From positions 194-64,193 of the forward strand of contig WRHR01000005.1 of the NCBI GenBank assembly GCA_009783145.1: a stretch of 64,000 nt of DNA. The letters are read 5' to 3'. Both the position numbers and the translations under genes were made by a program. The notes beneath the pieces are model-generated. The model searched no databases and was not told the DNA's origin. It worked only from the letters and a program-made list of their open reading frames with translations. Source of the DNA: Alphaproteobacteria bacterium. Lineage in GTDB: Bacteria > Pseudomonadota > Alphaproteobacteria > Rs-D84. Numbering within the stretch: position 1 is the stretch's first letter; each line of letters begins with the position of its first letter. Positions 15,901-24,399 of the stretch are shown in pieces.

Positions 15901-16397
15901 TCCGGCTGGTTATTCAAAATCGCGCGCCCGACCGGCCCCGTATGCCCGCCCGACAGGCAGATTATGCCATCGCTGTGGCCCGCCAATTCATCAAAAGTTA
16001 TGAAAGCGCCCAAGTGCTGATTATCGCCGCGCATATACATCAGCGAGTTCAATTTGCACAGGTTGTTCCACCCTTGCTCGCTCTGCGCCAAAAGGACAAT
16101 CCCGGACAACTGGTCGGCGCGCAGGATTTTCGGGTCGACAGTCGCATGATGGTTTAAAGTCACCGTAATTCCGATAATCGGCTGAATTCCCGCAACGGAG
16201 GCGGCATCGGATAACTCCGCCGTGCCGGACATCAAGTTTGTGTCCGTGATGGCTACGGCCGGCATTCCGAATCCCTTGCAGAGTTTTACCAAGGTGACGC
16301 GATTTGGGTCTTTTTTGGGGTTGGCGTCGATGTAGAGCGTTCCTTCGCCTATGGAATACTTGGTATGCACGCGAAGATGAACGAATTGGCTGGCCAT
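12918..16397 (-). CDS. dnaE: DNA polymerase III alpha subunit
   Basis: PHP domain start FVHLRVHTKYSIGEG, full-length pol III alpha; ORF-track start 16505 reads through the tRNA so ATG 16397 chosen. Confidence 0.95.
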   Translation of the reverse strand: MASQFVHLRVHTKYSIGEGTLYIDANPKKDPNRVTLVKLCKGFGMPAVAITDTNLMSGTAELSDAASVAGIQPIIGITVTLNHHATVDPKILRADQLSGIVLLAQSEQGWNNLCKLNSLMYMRGDNQHLGAFITFDELAGHSDGIICLSGGHTGPVGRAILNNQPDFASMLARRLLEIFGGGPAARSLGEGRFYMEIQRHGLEEEIKTEPEFLRLAQSMNIPIVATNDACFAAQDNYEAADALGCVLQQTKVIDPDRKRKNAEQYFKSPDEMAEIFSDLPEAIENTVAISRRCAFMVNTRSKPLLPKFGDDLDAECQMLRDDARAGLDRRMAEEKIPDADQKQYFDQLEFECDVIIKMGFPGYFLIVADYIGWCRKNDVLVGPGRGSGAGSVVSWALGITNVNPLAYGLLFERFLNPDRISMPDFDVDFEPEGLPRLMEYICKRYGADHICRIITFGSLQARGAIRDIGRVYGMPYSKTDRFAKLIPMDAKKIADAVRKSDDIQEALDNDADLKKVVDVSMEIEGAFRNLGQHACGVVIGDRATTAIAPVYRDPSNEMPSCQFDGHYLESVGLIKFDFLGLETLAILKYAVELVKKTVGVNLDLDKIPLEDDKTFELWRAGKTIGIFQYEAPFVQQTLKKMQPTSFANIVALNALNRPGPIAYIPQYIARMHGEEDVSYPHPKAEEILKETYGIIVYQEQVMQLVRALAGFTRGESDTVRKAMGKKIKEVLDKLEPKFYEGCEREKTLSLGDAQALWTQFIKFAEYAFNKSHSVAYSVIAAQCAYIKAHYPAQFLAAAMSSELNDSDQLALYMDDAKTNFSLEILPPDINSSESLFTVRDNKIIFALAAIKGIGKVATDAIIAQRNADGKFKNITDFAKRTAGIINKRVLEAFAKVGALDGLEPNRAKIFMNADVILGYAAKQKDSANSLSLFANTAQDDIAENRLAKNMNATPAWNFGERMENELSAVGFYISAHPMDQYKNLIKRERLTTSATLPAKRDRENVMIAVSVNSFNRRTTKTGKLMMSINAADSSGSVDAVCFGDTIYGVMQVLQNESIVLLRGRVNVRDDRVSLFVDSVIPLTQWIASVAQKITLEMKAQERLADIKQLIDSLPNGRAKVFLSIGANGKATTLALPRAVALTPTIADDLSALGVRVTIE

Positions 16398-16471
16398 GCC
16401 TGTCTTATAGCCGAATTGGGAATCTTTTGCAAGGCGTTTGAAATTTTTTTTAAATTCTGGGGAACAAATTC

Positions 16472-16548
16472 TGGTGGGTCGGCAGGGACTCGAACCCCGG
16501 ACCAAAGCGTTATGAGCGCTCCGCTCTAACCAACTGAGCTACCGACCC
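16472..16548 (-). tRNA. tRNA with CAT anticodon (elongator Met or lysidine-modified Ile2; not initiator)
   Basis: Reverse complement GGGTCGG-TA-GCTC-AGTTGGTTA-GAGC-G-GAGCG-CTCATAA-CGCTT-TGGTC-CGGGG-TTCGAGT-CCCTG-CCGACCC-A-CCA; G1:C72 pair argues against initiator. Confidence 0.9.
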
Positions 16549-16559
16549 GATAGGTTTGG

Positions 16560-16587
16560 ATTATACAGATTTTTTCCTGAGTTTCAA
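16560..16587 (-). promoter_or_regulatory. sigma70-like promoter TTGAAA-16-TATAAT for the tRNA
   Basis: -35 at 16587-16582, -10 at 16565-16560, 11 nt before tRNA 5' end. Confidence 0.5.
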
Positions 16588-16620
16588 GTGGAAATATTTT
16601 ACAAAATCACAAAGTGATTT

Positions 16621-16717
16621 TGTCATTGCGGCGCAGGCCGCAATAGGGTCTTTAAGACCTTTGGCTCGCTTCGCTCGCGATTCCTAGGCCCTATTGCGGA
16701 CCAAGTCCGCAATGACA
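16621..16717. repeat. palindromic repeat family B, copy 2
   Basis: TGTCATTGCGG..CCGCAATAGGG-core-CCCTATTGCGG..CCGCAATGACA; core matches 6385-6435. Confidence 0.65.
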
Positions 16718-16774
16718 ATTTTCTTTCAGAAAATTGTGAAAAACAAAAAACGCCGCGGATGCGGCGGTTTTTTA

Positions 16775-18046
16775 TTATTTCATAACGCATTCTTGGAAGC
16801 TCTTCTTATCCAAAGAAGTTTGCGCGCAGGCCTCGAACTTCAAGCTGTCAATCACTGTAAGTTTCGCGCAATTAGTTTTACTTGAATCAAATCCGTCCCC
16901 CAGATATTGGCTTGAATCCTTGATATATCCCTGCAAACCGCATTTCACGCAGATATCTTCTATTATCTTTTGATATACCGAGCCATTTCCATGCGCCAAT
17001 GTCGGACAATACTCGGTAGTTGCATTAGTATGCGGTGCAATATATCCATGCCCAGCCGGCAGCGGTATCATGCATAGCGGGCCCCAGCCTTTGCGCCCGG
17101 TAACAGCTTTTTTGCCGGGTTCGCATTGCCTGCAGGTACTGCCGTCCATATATGCCCCGGGTGCCTTGCAAGTCGCTGGGTCCATTTGGCAATCGTTGAG
17201 GGCATCATTAACAATTTTACCCTGCTCGCTACAATCCACACACGATTGTACTCCGGCAACGGTCTTGATGTATTTATATGGCTTTTTGCATTGGTCTGGG
17301 TCAATCACACAGCTATTACCCCCCGCAGTCTTGAAGTTGGGCGGACAAACTTCACATTCCCCACCTATAACCTGACCGTTAGCGTCGGCACATTTTGCCG
17401 GGTCGGCCACACACGATTTACCATCTGAACTCAAAATTTTTGTGCCTTTGGGCTCTAAATCCGCGCATATGACGCACCCTGTGTTATTGGCATTAGGATA
17501 TCCTGTCGGTACTTTGCATGTAGATGGGTCAAATTTACATGTGTTGCTGGCACTGTCATATTTTGTTCCTTTCTTGCAGCTCCATGTCCAACCTTGGTCG
17601 CTCATACCTGTGTCAAGGGTGCTTATATCCGTCGGATGCTTTGATGAATAATTAGGATGTATCCAACCTTTTCCATCGGGGTACAGCATGCACTCGCTCC
17701 ATCTTCCGTCAGCCAATAACGACAGCCCTCCCGTAAACATAACAAAAAAACCGGAGGCGTTACTAACCCCGCACATGCTAAATTTAGGAAAAGTGCATTT
17801 GCTTTTTGACCATTTCTGGCTATAAAAATTCTTTGTTCCGTATGGCTTTTTGACAAGGTCATAATTTTCAGTATCTCTTTTGCAATTACACCCCCAGCCT
17901 TTGTTGCCATCTTGATTTGCTCGAGAAGCCGCCCAATGCCAACCGCCATCTTTCCAATTGTTATCCACGCTACATTTACCAAATGATTCCAGCGGGAGTG
18001 CCAACGCAACAAAAAATAATGTCAAAAAATATATGCATTTCTTCAT
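16775..18046 (-). CDS. secreted Cys-rich repeat protein
   Basis: Signal peptide MKKCIYFLTLFFVALALPLESFG; about 40 Cys; recurring module C-x-x-DP-x-x-C (TCKFDPSTC, SCVADPAKC, SCVIDPDQC, DCQMDPATC). Confidence 0.65.
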   Translation of the reverse strand: MKKCIYFLTLFFVALALPLESFGKCSVDNNWKDGGWHWAASRANQDGNKGWGCNCKRDTENYDLVKKPYGTKNFYSQKWSKSKCTFPKFSMCGVSNASGFFVMFTGGLSLLADGRWSECMLYPDGKGWIHPNYSSKHPTDISTLDTGMSDQGWTWSCKKGTKYDSASNTCKFDPSTCKVPTGYPNANNTGCVICADLEPKGTKILSSDGKSCVADPAKCADANGQVIGGECEVCPPNFKTAGGNSCVIDPDQCKKPYKYIKTVAGVQSCVDCSEQGKIVNDALNDCQMDPATCKAPGAYMDGSTCRQCEPGKKAVTGRKGWGPLCMIPLPAGHGYIAPHTNATTEYCPTLAHGNGSVYQKIIEDICVKCGLQGYIKDSSQYLGDGFDSSKTNCAKLTVIDSLKFEACAQTSLDKKSFQECVMK

Positions 18047-18059
18047 TTTTATTTGTCTT

Positions 18060-20660
18060 TTACTTTATGAAACATTGACCAGTAGAAGCCACCCAAGTTC
18101 CCCCCGGCAGTATCTTGCAAGCTTCTTGCGCATAGCTGCTGTCCAATATGCATCTTGTGCCCGAAGGATCCATATGCGCCAAACCTTGGCCGCCCACTAT
18201 CTCGTCCGCTATCTGGCACGAAACCATAACGGTATTAACCACGCACAGCCCCCAGCCGATAGACCTGTCCGTAGTTCCGCCGGACTGCGGTGAATCTGTC
18301 GCCCTGGCCGCATATTGAACCGACAAATCCTGCGCCGCGCGCGCGGCATTCGCCGGCGTCACGGCCCCGCGAGCCGCCACCGCGCCATATATTGGCTTAT
18401 TCACCATCGCCGCCCTTTCCGCAGCCTGGACGGCCATCGCCTCGTATTTATCCAGCCTTGCGACGCTTGCCCCTGTCTCCATCAGACCGGCGGCCCAAAG
18501 GCTTACCGTTTCTTTCAGCTTCGCCAAACCGCCATAGACTTGGCCGGCGAATACGGGCTCTATCTCCAACTTCCTGCTCTTGCTTTTGTTCGCGAGTTCC
18601 TGCGCGCTGTCCGGATGCATAATCCACACGCCGTTCAAATCATTGCATATATTCTGCAGCTGGTCGCCCAGCTCGGCCCGCAGGCTGTCCATAGCCTTTG
18701 TAACCGCGCTGATCGTGGCCGGATCCAAAGTCGCATCCGGATCGCCCAGGCAGAATGTTTTCGCATACGTCTGCAGGTTCGCTTCCAGCTTTCCCGGCGA
18801 AATCAGGCGGCAGCCGTACGGCACGCTGTTTTCCGAATCTCCGGACGCCGGCGCGCATATTTCTTCTATATAGCTTTCCAGCGCCGCGTCGCAGCCCTCG
18901 GCTATTCTGACCGTATCCACCGTGCTGACGAACGCCAGCAGCTCCTTCAAGCCGCACAGATTCGTCGCGGCGTCGCTGCTGCGCAGATTTCCGATAGTAT
19001 TCGAATCAACCTTTTTGCAGTTCATGTCGTTCGGGTTCGCGTACAAGTTCGCGCAAGCCGCAACCTTGTCCGCGCACATAGCGCGCGTTGCTCGCGCCCC
19101 GACCGCTCCGCTGCGCTGCGACGTGGTGTCATCGAAGTCCTTCAACTGGCCGCCGATCGTGTCATAACATTCCTTCATCGTCGTAACGCAGGTCATCTTG
19201 ATTTCTTCCAGCTTTCTGTCCTGGGCTTGGGCGATTTCTATCAAAGCCTGGCGCTTGAAGGCGTCCCAGACCGCGTTCGCGTCGTCTCGGCAGCTGTCCA
19301 AGGACTCCCGCGCGCGGTTCCTGAACGCATCCAGCCCGTTAAGAAAAGCCTTGTTCTCCGGCGCGTTCGGGTTCTCCAGCTTTATCTGGTTCGCCAGATT
19401 GAACAAAAGCGGGGAATAAATCGGCTCGCCCGTTGTCTGGTTGATATACAATCCCGTAAAGTCAAGGCATCTTTTGAAGTTCGGGCCGCAAGCGTATTCA
19501 TGCAATATATCCGCCTGCACTTTGCCTATGCACTCGTTAACGCTGGCCGAGTTATGCGTGCGGTACTCCTCTAATCTCGCGTCACGCAGCATTTTGTTCG
19601 CCTCGCGCACTTTCTGAGCGACCTGCTCTTTCATTCCGTCGATTTTCTTGGAATACGCCTGGCAGTCCTGGCTGATTACCAGACCATAAGCGCTGCGCAC
19701 CATCTGCAATGTCGCCGCATTCTCGCATTGTGCCTGCGCCATCGATGAGCATTGCCTGTCCACTTCGTCATACAGCGCCTTTCCTTCCAACGCCGTCAAA
19801 TCCTTGCCGCGCCCGCCGCCGCCGAACATATCGTCGCTGCCGCCGCCCCAAATATCATCTATCGCGCTGCCGAAATTCATCAAGTTGCTGAAATCCAATC
19901 TGGTCGGCTGCTGCGCCTGCGACGGCTTTTTCTTGCCGCTTAATAAGTCCCCGATTTCATCCAGCATTTTCGCCGCCGCGGACTTGTCCGTCCGCATCGC
20001 TGCCTCGCCCGCTGTGGCCGTCTGCATCGCGCCGACCTCGGCCGCCGTCAGGTTCACGGCCTCCAAATTATTATCGGCAAAGCTTTGCAGCATTGTTTTC
20101 GCTTGATCCAGCGCCGCTTCCATATCGCCGAAATCGCGGAATTTCTCCGAGCATATGCAGCGCCGGTACGTATCGTTCGCCGCCGCGCAGAACTGGTCCA
20201 TGCATGTATTATAAGCCTCGCGGCAATTGTTATATCCCGTGCCCAGCTTCGACAAGTCCCCGAATACCGCCGTCGCCGCCCTGGCCGGCGTTGCGGAGCG
20301 CGATACGCTTGCGCTGCGCGCAGACGACGCGGCAACCGGCGCCGTTGCCGAACGCGCGGCGACCGCGGACCTCGATTGCTGCGGCGGCGCAATTGCCGGA
20401 GTTCTGGCGCCGACCGTTGCAGAACGCGAAACCGTTCTTGTCGCCGCCGTCCGATTCGTAATTTCCGGCGCAGTTTTTTCCGCGCGCGGAGTCTGCGGCG
20501 CGGCGCGAACGCCGCGCGGGTTAGGCGCCCCCGCGCCGTAAGCAAAAGGCGCGCCAAGCACAAAACACAGGGCACCCGCCTTCGCTAGCAACCCTATGAA
20601 CTTCGTACTACGGACGATAGAGGCTACGGCGGGCAAGCAAGACACGGATAATTTCTTCAT
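18060..20660 (-). CDS. large secreted protein, Ala/Arg/Ser-rich N-region and Cys-containing body
   Basis: 866-aa ORF 13 nt upstream of the Cys-rich gene on the same strand; hydrophobic N-terminal segment GALCFVLGAPFAYG; no motif recognised. Confidence 0.6.
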   Translation of the reverse strand: MKKLSVSCLPAVASIVRSTKFIGLLAKAGALCFVLGAPFAYGAGAPNPRGVRAAPQTPRAEKTAPEITNRTAATRTVSRSATVGARTPAIAPPQQSRSAVAARSATAPVAASSARSASVSRSATPARAATAVFGDLSKLGTGYNNCREAYNTCMDQFCAAANDTYRRCICSEKFRDFGDMEAALDQAKTMLQSFADNNLEAVNLTAAEVGAMQTATAGEAAMRTDKSAAAKMLDEIGDLLSGKKKPSQAQQPTRLDFSNLMNFGSAIDDIWGGGSDDMFGGGGRGKDLTALEGKALYDEVDRQCSSMAQAQCENAATLQMVRSAYGLVISQDCQAYSKKIDGMKEQVAQKVREANKMLRDARLEEYRTHNSASVNECIGKVQADILHEYACGPNFKRCLDFTGLYINQTTGEPIYSPLLFNLANQIKLENPNAPENKAFLNGLDAFRNRARESLDSCRDDANAVWDAFKRQALIEIAQAQDRKLEEIKMTCVTTMKECYDTIGGQLKDFDDTTSQRSGAVGARATRAMCADKVAACANLYANPNDMNCKKVDSNTIGNLRSSDAATNLCGLKELLAFVSTVDTVRIAEGCDAALESYIEEICAPASGDSENSVPYGCRLISPGKLEANLQTYAKTFCLGDPDATLDPATISAVTKAMDSLRAELGDQLQNICNDLNGVWIMHPDSAQELANKSKSRKLEIEPVFAGQVYGGLAKLKETVSLWAAGLMETGASVARLDKYEAMAVQAAERAAMVNKPIYGAVAARGAVTPANAARAAQDLSVQYAARATDSPQSGGTTDRSIGWGLCVVNTVMVSCQIADEIVGGQGLAHMDPSGTRCILDSSYAQEACKILPGGTWVASTGQCFIK

Positions 20661-20690
20661 TCTTTACTTATTTTACCGATTTTTGAAAAT

Positions 20691-21968
20691 TTACGCAAGC
20701 AGATATTCTTTATCCGCGCCAACGATTTTCAAATCGCGCACCGTTCGCGAAGGAATCGGCGCTCCGCTTACCTTTACGGGGATGTCGTCGGGCGTGCGGC
20801 CTATGTTTTTTTCTTCCATCAAAACGCTGGTTGTTTTTCCTATTTGAGACTTCATGAATTCGCGTCGGTTTTGCTGCGCAAGTTCGTTTACAAGCTTTAC
20901 GCGGCGCTTTGATTCCGCGCGGTCCACCTGGTCCGGCATAGTCGCCGCCAAGGTGCCGGGCCTGGGCGAGAACGGAAACGCATGTATATGTATCGGCTTC
21001 AGCTCTTTTATAAGCGCGCAGGTTTCTTCAAACAACTCTGGCGACTCCCCCGGAAATCCGCAGATGATGTCCCAGGAAAAGGTAGGAGGTAGGAGGTAGG
21101 AGGTTGGAGGTGTCATAATTTTCCGCACAATTTCCGCATTATGCCGTCTGCCCATTGCAGAGAGTATTTTATCACTGCCGCTTTGCATTGAAAGATGCAA
21201 GTGCGCCAGCATTCGGGGGTCTCGCGACATCAGCTCGATAATCTTCGCGCATTCGGGGCTGGCCGGATCAACCGAGGACAAGCGCAGGCGCTGCAACTGG
21301 GGGATGTCGTCCAAAAGCCGCCGACACAGGTCGCCAAGCCCCCCGTCCGCGCGATATCCCGCTATATCAACGCCTGTCAAAACAACTTCGGTAAAGCCGT
21401 TCAGGGCCGCGGCGCGGGTTTCGGCCAGAATCCGCTCGTACGGGAAAGAGACGTTTTTCCCACGCAATTTGCTGACTATGCAATACGCGCAGCTGTGATT
21501 GCAGCCGTTCTGGATTTGGATAAAGGCTTTGGATAGCGTTGAGTGTTGAATGTTGAGCGTTGAATTATAAATTTCAGACTTAACTTCACATTTATACGCA
21601 TCAATGTTGAATTTATCCTTATTCGCCACCACTGCCGCGACGCCGGGGATTTTGGCATAGTCTTCGGGAGCGCGGGTCGCGGCGCAGCCCGTGATAAACA
21701 ATGGTACGCCCGGGTGCTCGCTCGGCTTCGCCTGCGCGCATCCTCCTAGTTGCTCGAACTTCGCTACGCTCGTTCTCGCATACTCGGATTCGCGAGCCAG
21801 CTTTCGGATTGCTTGACGGGATTGGCGCTCGGCCTCGGCCGTCACCGCGCAAGTGTTCACTATTATAGCATTTTTGACACCGGCGGCGATAAGCATAGAT
21901 TTGATTTTCTCCGCCTCGACCATATTCAGCCGGCAACCAAACGACAAAAATTTTACTTGATTTTCCAT
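20691..21968 (-). CDS. mtaB: MiaB/MtaB-family radical SAM methylthiotransferase
   Basis: N-terminal FGCRLN...NTCAVT, radical SAM CNHSCAYC, DIICGFPGE, C-terminal TRAM-like region; ATG 21968 chosen because the longer ORF overlaps rpoZ. Confidence 0.8.
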   Translation of the reverse strand: MENQVKFLSFGCRLNMVEAEKIKSMLIAAGVKNAIIVNTCAVTAEAERQSRQAIRKLARESEYARTSVAKFEQLGGCAQAKPSEHPGVPLFITGCAATRAPEDYAKIPGVAAVVANKDKFNIDAYKCEVKSEIYNSTLNIQHSTLSKAFIQIQNGCNHSCAYCIVSKLRGKNVSFPYERILAETRAAALNGFTEVVLTGVDIAGYRADGGLGDLCRRLLDDIPQLQRLRLSSVDPASPECAKIIELMSRDPRMLAHLHLSMQSGSDKILSAMGRRHNAEIVRKIMTPPTSYLLPPTFSWDIICGFPGESPELFEETCALIKELKPIHIHAFPFSPRPGTLAATMPDQVDRAESKRRVKLVNELAQQNRREFMKSQIGKTTSVLMEEKNIGRTPDDIPVKVSGAPIPSRTVRDLKIVGADKEYLLA

Positions 21969-22023
21969 ATATGTTGGGGCATTATAAGCTTCGCTAAAAA
22001 ACATTGCAACAAAGGATTTCCAC

Positions 22024-22416
22024 ATGGCGCGCATAACTAACAGCGATACTATGAAACATGTAGACAGCAAGTACGAGCTGAGCTCGCTGGCCACCCAGCG
22101 CGTCCGCGACCTGAACGGCGGCGCCGAGCCGGTAGTGCCCGCAAACGACGACAAGCCGACCGTGACGGCGCTGCGCGAAATCGCCAGCGGCAAGCTGGAT
22201 ATCGGCAACCTGCGCCATGAATTCGTGCAGTCCTACAAGTCCGTGCCGGTTGCGGATGATTCCGTTAACTCGGTCGAATCCCAGTCCGAAGACCCGCTGT
22301 TGAAAGAGCTGGACGCGGAATTGGAAAACACCCTTATCGAAAACCCGATAGCCGAGGAAGAGCTGGAAGAAGTGCTGGAAGATTCCCTGCCGGAAGAAGC
22401 GGACGACAAGGAATAA
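22024..22416 (+). CDS. rpoZ: RNA polymerase omega subunit (long form with acidic tail)
   Basis: SKYELSSLATQRVRDLNGG and ALREIASGKL motifs; 130 aa. Confidence 0.85.
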   Translation: MARITNSDTMKHVDSKYELSSLATQRVRDLNGGAEPVVPANDDKPTVTALREIASGKLDIGNLRHEFVQSYKSVPVADDSVNSVESQSEDPLLKELDAELENTLIENPIAEEELEEVLEDSLPEEADDKE

Positions 22417-22425
22417 TTTTTTCGA

Positions 22426-22513
22426 GGAGTCGTCGCATAGTGGTCTAGTGCGCTCGCTTGGAAAGCGAGTATACCGCAAGGTATCGAGAGTTCGAATCTC
22501 TCCGACTCCGCCA
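22426..22513 (+). tRNA. tRNA-Ser(GGA)
   Basis: GGAGTCG...CTCGC-TTGGAAA-GCGAG, long variable arm, TTCGAAT T loop, CGACTCC-G-CCA; 88 nt. Confidence 0.9.
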
Positions 22514-22540
22514 TAAATAAAAATTCACGGAGTAAAAGTT

Positions 22541-23074
22541 ATGACAGTCAAAATTACTTTTGAATCCCACTCGACAACTTTTGATAACGAAGAAGGCCGC
22601 GCCAGCGGTTGGTTTGATGCCGACCTTTCTCCGCTTGGCCTAAAACAATCGGAAGAACTGGGCGAACGCCGCCGCGACAAAGGTTATGCCGCCGTATTCT
22701 GCGCCGACCAGCAAAGAGCGTATAAGTCCGCCGCAATAGCTTTTGGGGATACCAATACTCCTATCATCGTAGACTCACGCCTGCGCGAATGCAACTATGG
22801 CGACTATAATATGGGCGACAAAAAATTCGTCGACGGGCAAAGGTTGGACCGCATAGAAACCCCATATCCGAACGGCGAATCCTATATGCAAACTCGCGCC
22901 CGCATGGTAGCGTTCTTGGAATATCTGAAGAAAAATTACGACGGGGAAAAGGTGCTTATCGTCGGCGCTCGCGCGACACAGTTCGGAATCCAGAATTTTA
23001 TTGAAGGCACGCCATATGAAGAGCTTGTCGTTGCTAAATTCACATGGCAACCTGGCTGGGAATATGAATTATAA
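22541..23074 (+). CDS. histidine phosphatase (phosphoglycerate mutase-like) family protein
   Basis: N-terminal FESHSTTFDNEEGR...SG, LSPLGLKQ, later RARATQ-type segment; 177 aa. Confidence 0.6.
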   Translation: MTVKITFESHSTTFDNEEGRASGWFDADLSPLGLKQSEELGERRRDKGYAAVFCADQQRAYKSAAIAFGDTNTPIIVDSRLRECNYGDYNMGDKKFVDGQRLDRIETPYPNGESYMQTRARMVAFLEYLKKNYDGEKVLIVGARATQFGIQNFIEGTPYEELVVAKFTWQPGWEYEL

Positions 23075-23082
23075 GCGTTATA

Positions 23083-23108
23083 ACCCCCGCGCCAAGCGCG
23101 GGGGTTTT
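23083..23108. terminator. bidirectional rho-independent terminator
   Basis: AACCCCCGCGCCAAGCGCGGGGGTTTT between convergent genes. Confidence 0.65.
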
Positions 23109-23126
23109 GTTTGCGTTTAAATCAAA

Positions 23127-23798
23127 TTAAAACGCATATCTTGCGCCCAGCAGGATTTCATGCGAAGTCAAATCGACCTTCGTATTAAACACCAATCCGT
23201 CCAATGCGTTATACCCATTCAGCGAGCCCTTGAACTGTCCATAGTTCGTATAGCGATAACCCGCGTCCAAATCCAGATGCGATGTCAGCGCATATGATAC
23301 GCCCAGCCCGAAGTTCCAATAGAAATTAGTCTCGGTTCCCTTGCCGTAAACGTCGTCGCTGTCCATCGTATAGCTTAGTCTGACCCAGCCGAGACCCGCG
23401 CCTATATAAGGCTTCAGTCCAACCCCGACCTTCAAATCATAGTATATATTCGCGCCGTACGAAAGCGGCCACATGTCGGCTTGCATTGTCAGCGCGGGAT
23501 TCGACTTGTTCGTGGTCGTGAATTTTGCTCTGGAATGAATTCCGAATTCCAGTTCGCCGCGGAACTCGCTCATAATACTGGCGGGATCGAATTGAATTCC
23601 GACCGCGGTGCGGCTGCCGATAGCCCAGTCGTTCTCCTCGGTTCCTTTGATGGTCACGTCGAAAACGGGCTCGTACTGAGTAAGGTTATTAAGTCTGAAA
23701 TGGCCATAGGCCAATTTTTCAGACACATACAATTGCGGCATTGCATTTGCCGTACCGGCAGTCAGAATGACCGCGGAAATGATGATTAGTTTCCTCAT
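23127..23798 (-). CDS. outer-membrane beta-barrel protein
   Basis: AGGAGG RBS, signal peptide MRKLIIISAVILTAGTANA, alternating beta-strand pattern, C-terminal GARYAF. Confidence 0.75.
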   Translation of the reverse strand: MRKLIIISAVILTAGTANAMPQLYVSEKLAYGHFRLNNLTQYEPVFDVTIKGTEENDWAIGSRTAVGIQFDPASIMSEFRGELEFGIHSRAKFTTTNKSNPALTMQADMWPLSYGANIYYDLKVGVGLKPYIGAGLGWVRLSYTMDSDDVYGKGTETNFYWNFGLGVSYALTSHLDLDAGYRYTNYGQFKGSLNGYNALDGLVFNTKVDLTSHEILLGARYAF

Positions 23799-23882
23799 TG
23801 GTTTCCTCCTTGTTGAAGACAACCAATAAAATAAACATCAAATCCGACAAAGTCATTAGGACAATGTTCTCAAATCGTGTAT

Positions 23883-24329
23883 TTATCTCCTGCCGCCGCC
23901 CATGCCGCCGTGGAACCCTCCGCCATGAAAGCCCATACCCATGCCGACCGCCGGAGGTCTGTTCATAATGCCGGATGCGCCGGCGCGATCGCCGGACCGG
24001 ACTTCTTCAAAGTCTCTTGCGTGATCCGTTCTATAGGCGCGCCGCTCGTCCGGGCTTAATCCATGCCAGCGGTCGCGCATATGCGGGTCGCGCCAGCCGT
24101 ACCGGTCGCCCGCCCAATAAAACACCGCGTCGCCGCAATCGCTGTCAAACTCGGAAACGTTAGTCAGCATGCAATCGCCCAGGTTATTCGTCTCGGCACA
24201 ATACTCGTCTATTTCCGGGCCGCACGCGTCGGCCCACGGATACAACCCCGCATCCACGCCCAAGAACGCGTGCGCCGTACCGGCGCAGAGTAGAAGAGCA
24301 AGAGAGTAAAAGAGTAAAAGTTTCTTCAT
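23883..24329 (-). CDS. secreted protein with Gly-rich C-terminus
   Basis: Signal peptide MKKLLLFYSLALLLCAGTAHA (hydrophobic core encoded by an AGAGTANN array), C-terminal GMGMGFHGGGFHGGMGGGRR. Confidence 0.5.
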   Translation of the reverse strand: MKKLLLFYSLALLLCAGTAHAFLGVDAGLYPWADACGPEIDEYCAETNNLGDCMLTNVSEFDSDCGDAVFYWAGDRYGWRDPHMRDRWHGLSPDERRAYRTDHARDFEEVRSGDRAGASGIMNRPPAVGMGMGFHGGGFHGGMGGGRR

Positions 24330-24399
24330 CGGAATTCCTTTTTTAAGTATTTTATGAGAAAAGAACAGATAATGCAGTAAGAAAAAAATCGGCCAATAT

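Noticed and set aside
16398-16505. N-terminal extension of dnaE in the ORF track
   Set aside because: It reads through the tRNA(CAT) gene. The PHP domain begins right after the ATG at 16397.
18315-19574. 419-aa plus-strand ORF and neighbouring Arg-rich ORFs (20054-20588)
   Set aside because: They are antisense shadows of the 866-aa minus-strand gene, with Arg/Ala-rich low-complexity composition and no RBS or motifs.
21969-22208. N-terminal 80 codons of ORF 20691-22208
   Set aside because: They overlap rpoZ on the other strand. The methylthiotransferase homology starts at MENQVKFLSFGCRLN (ATG 21968).
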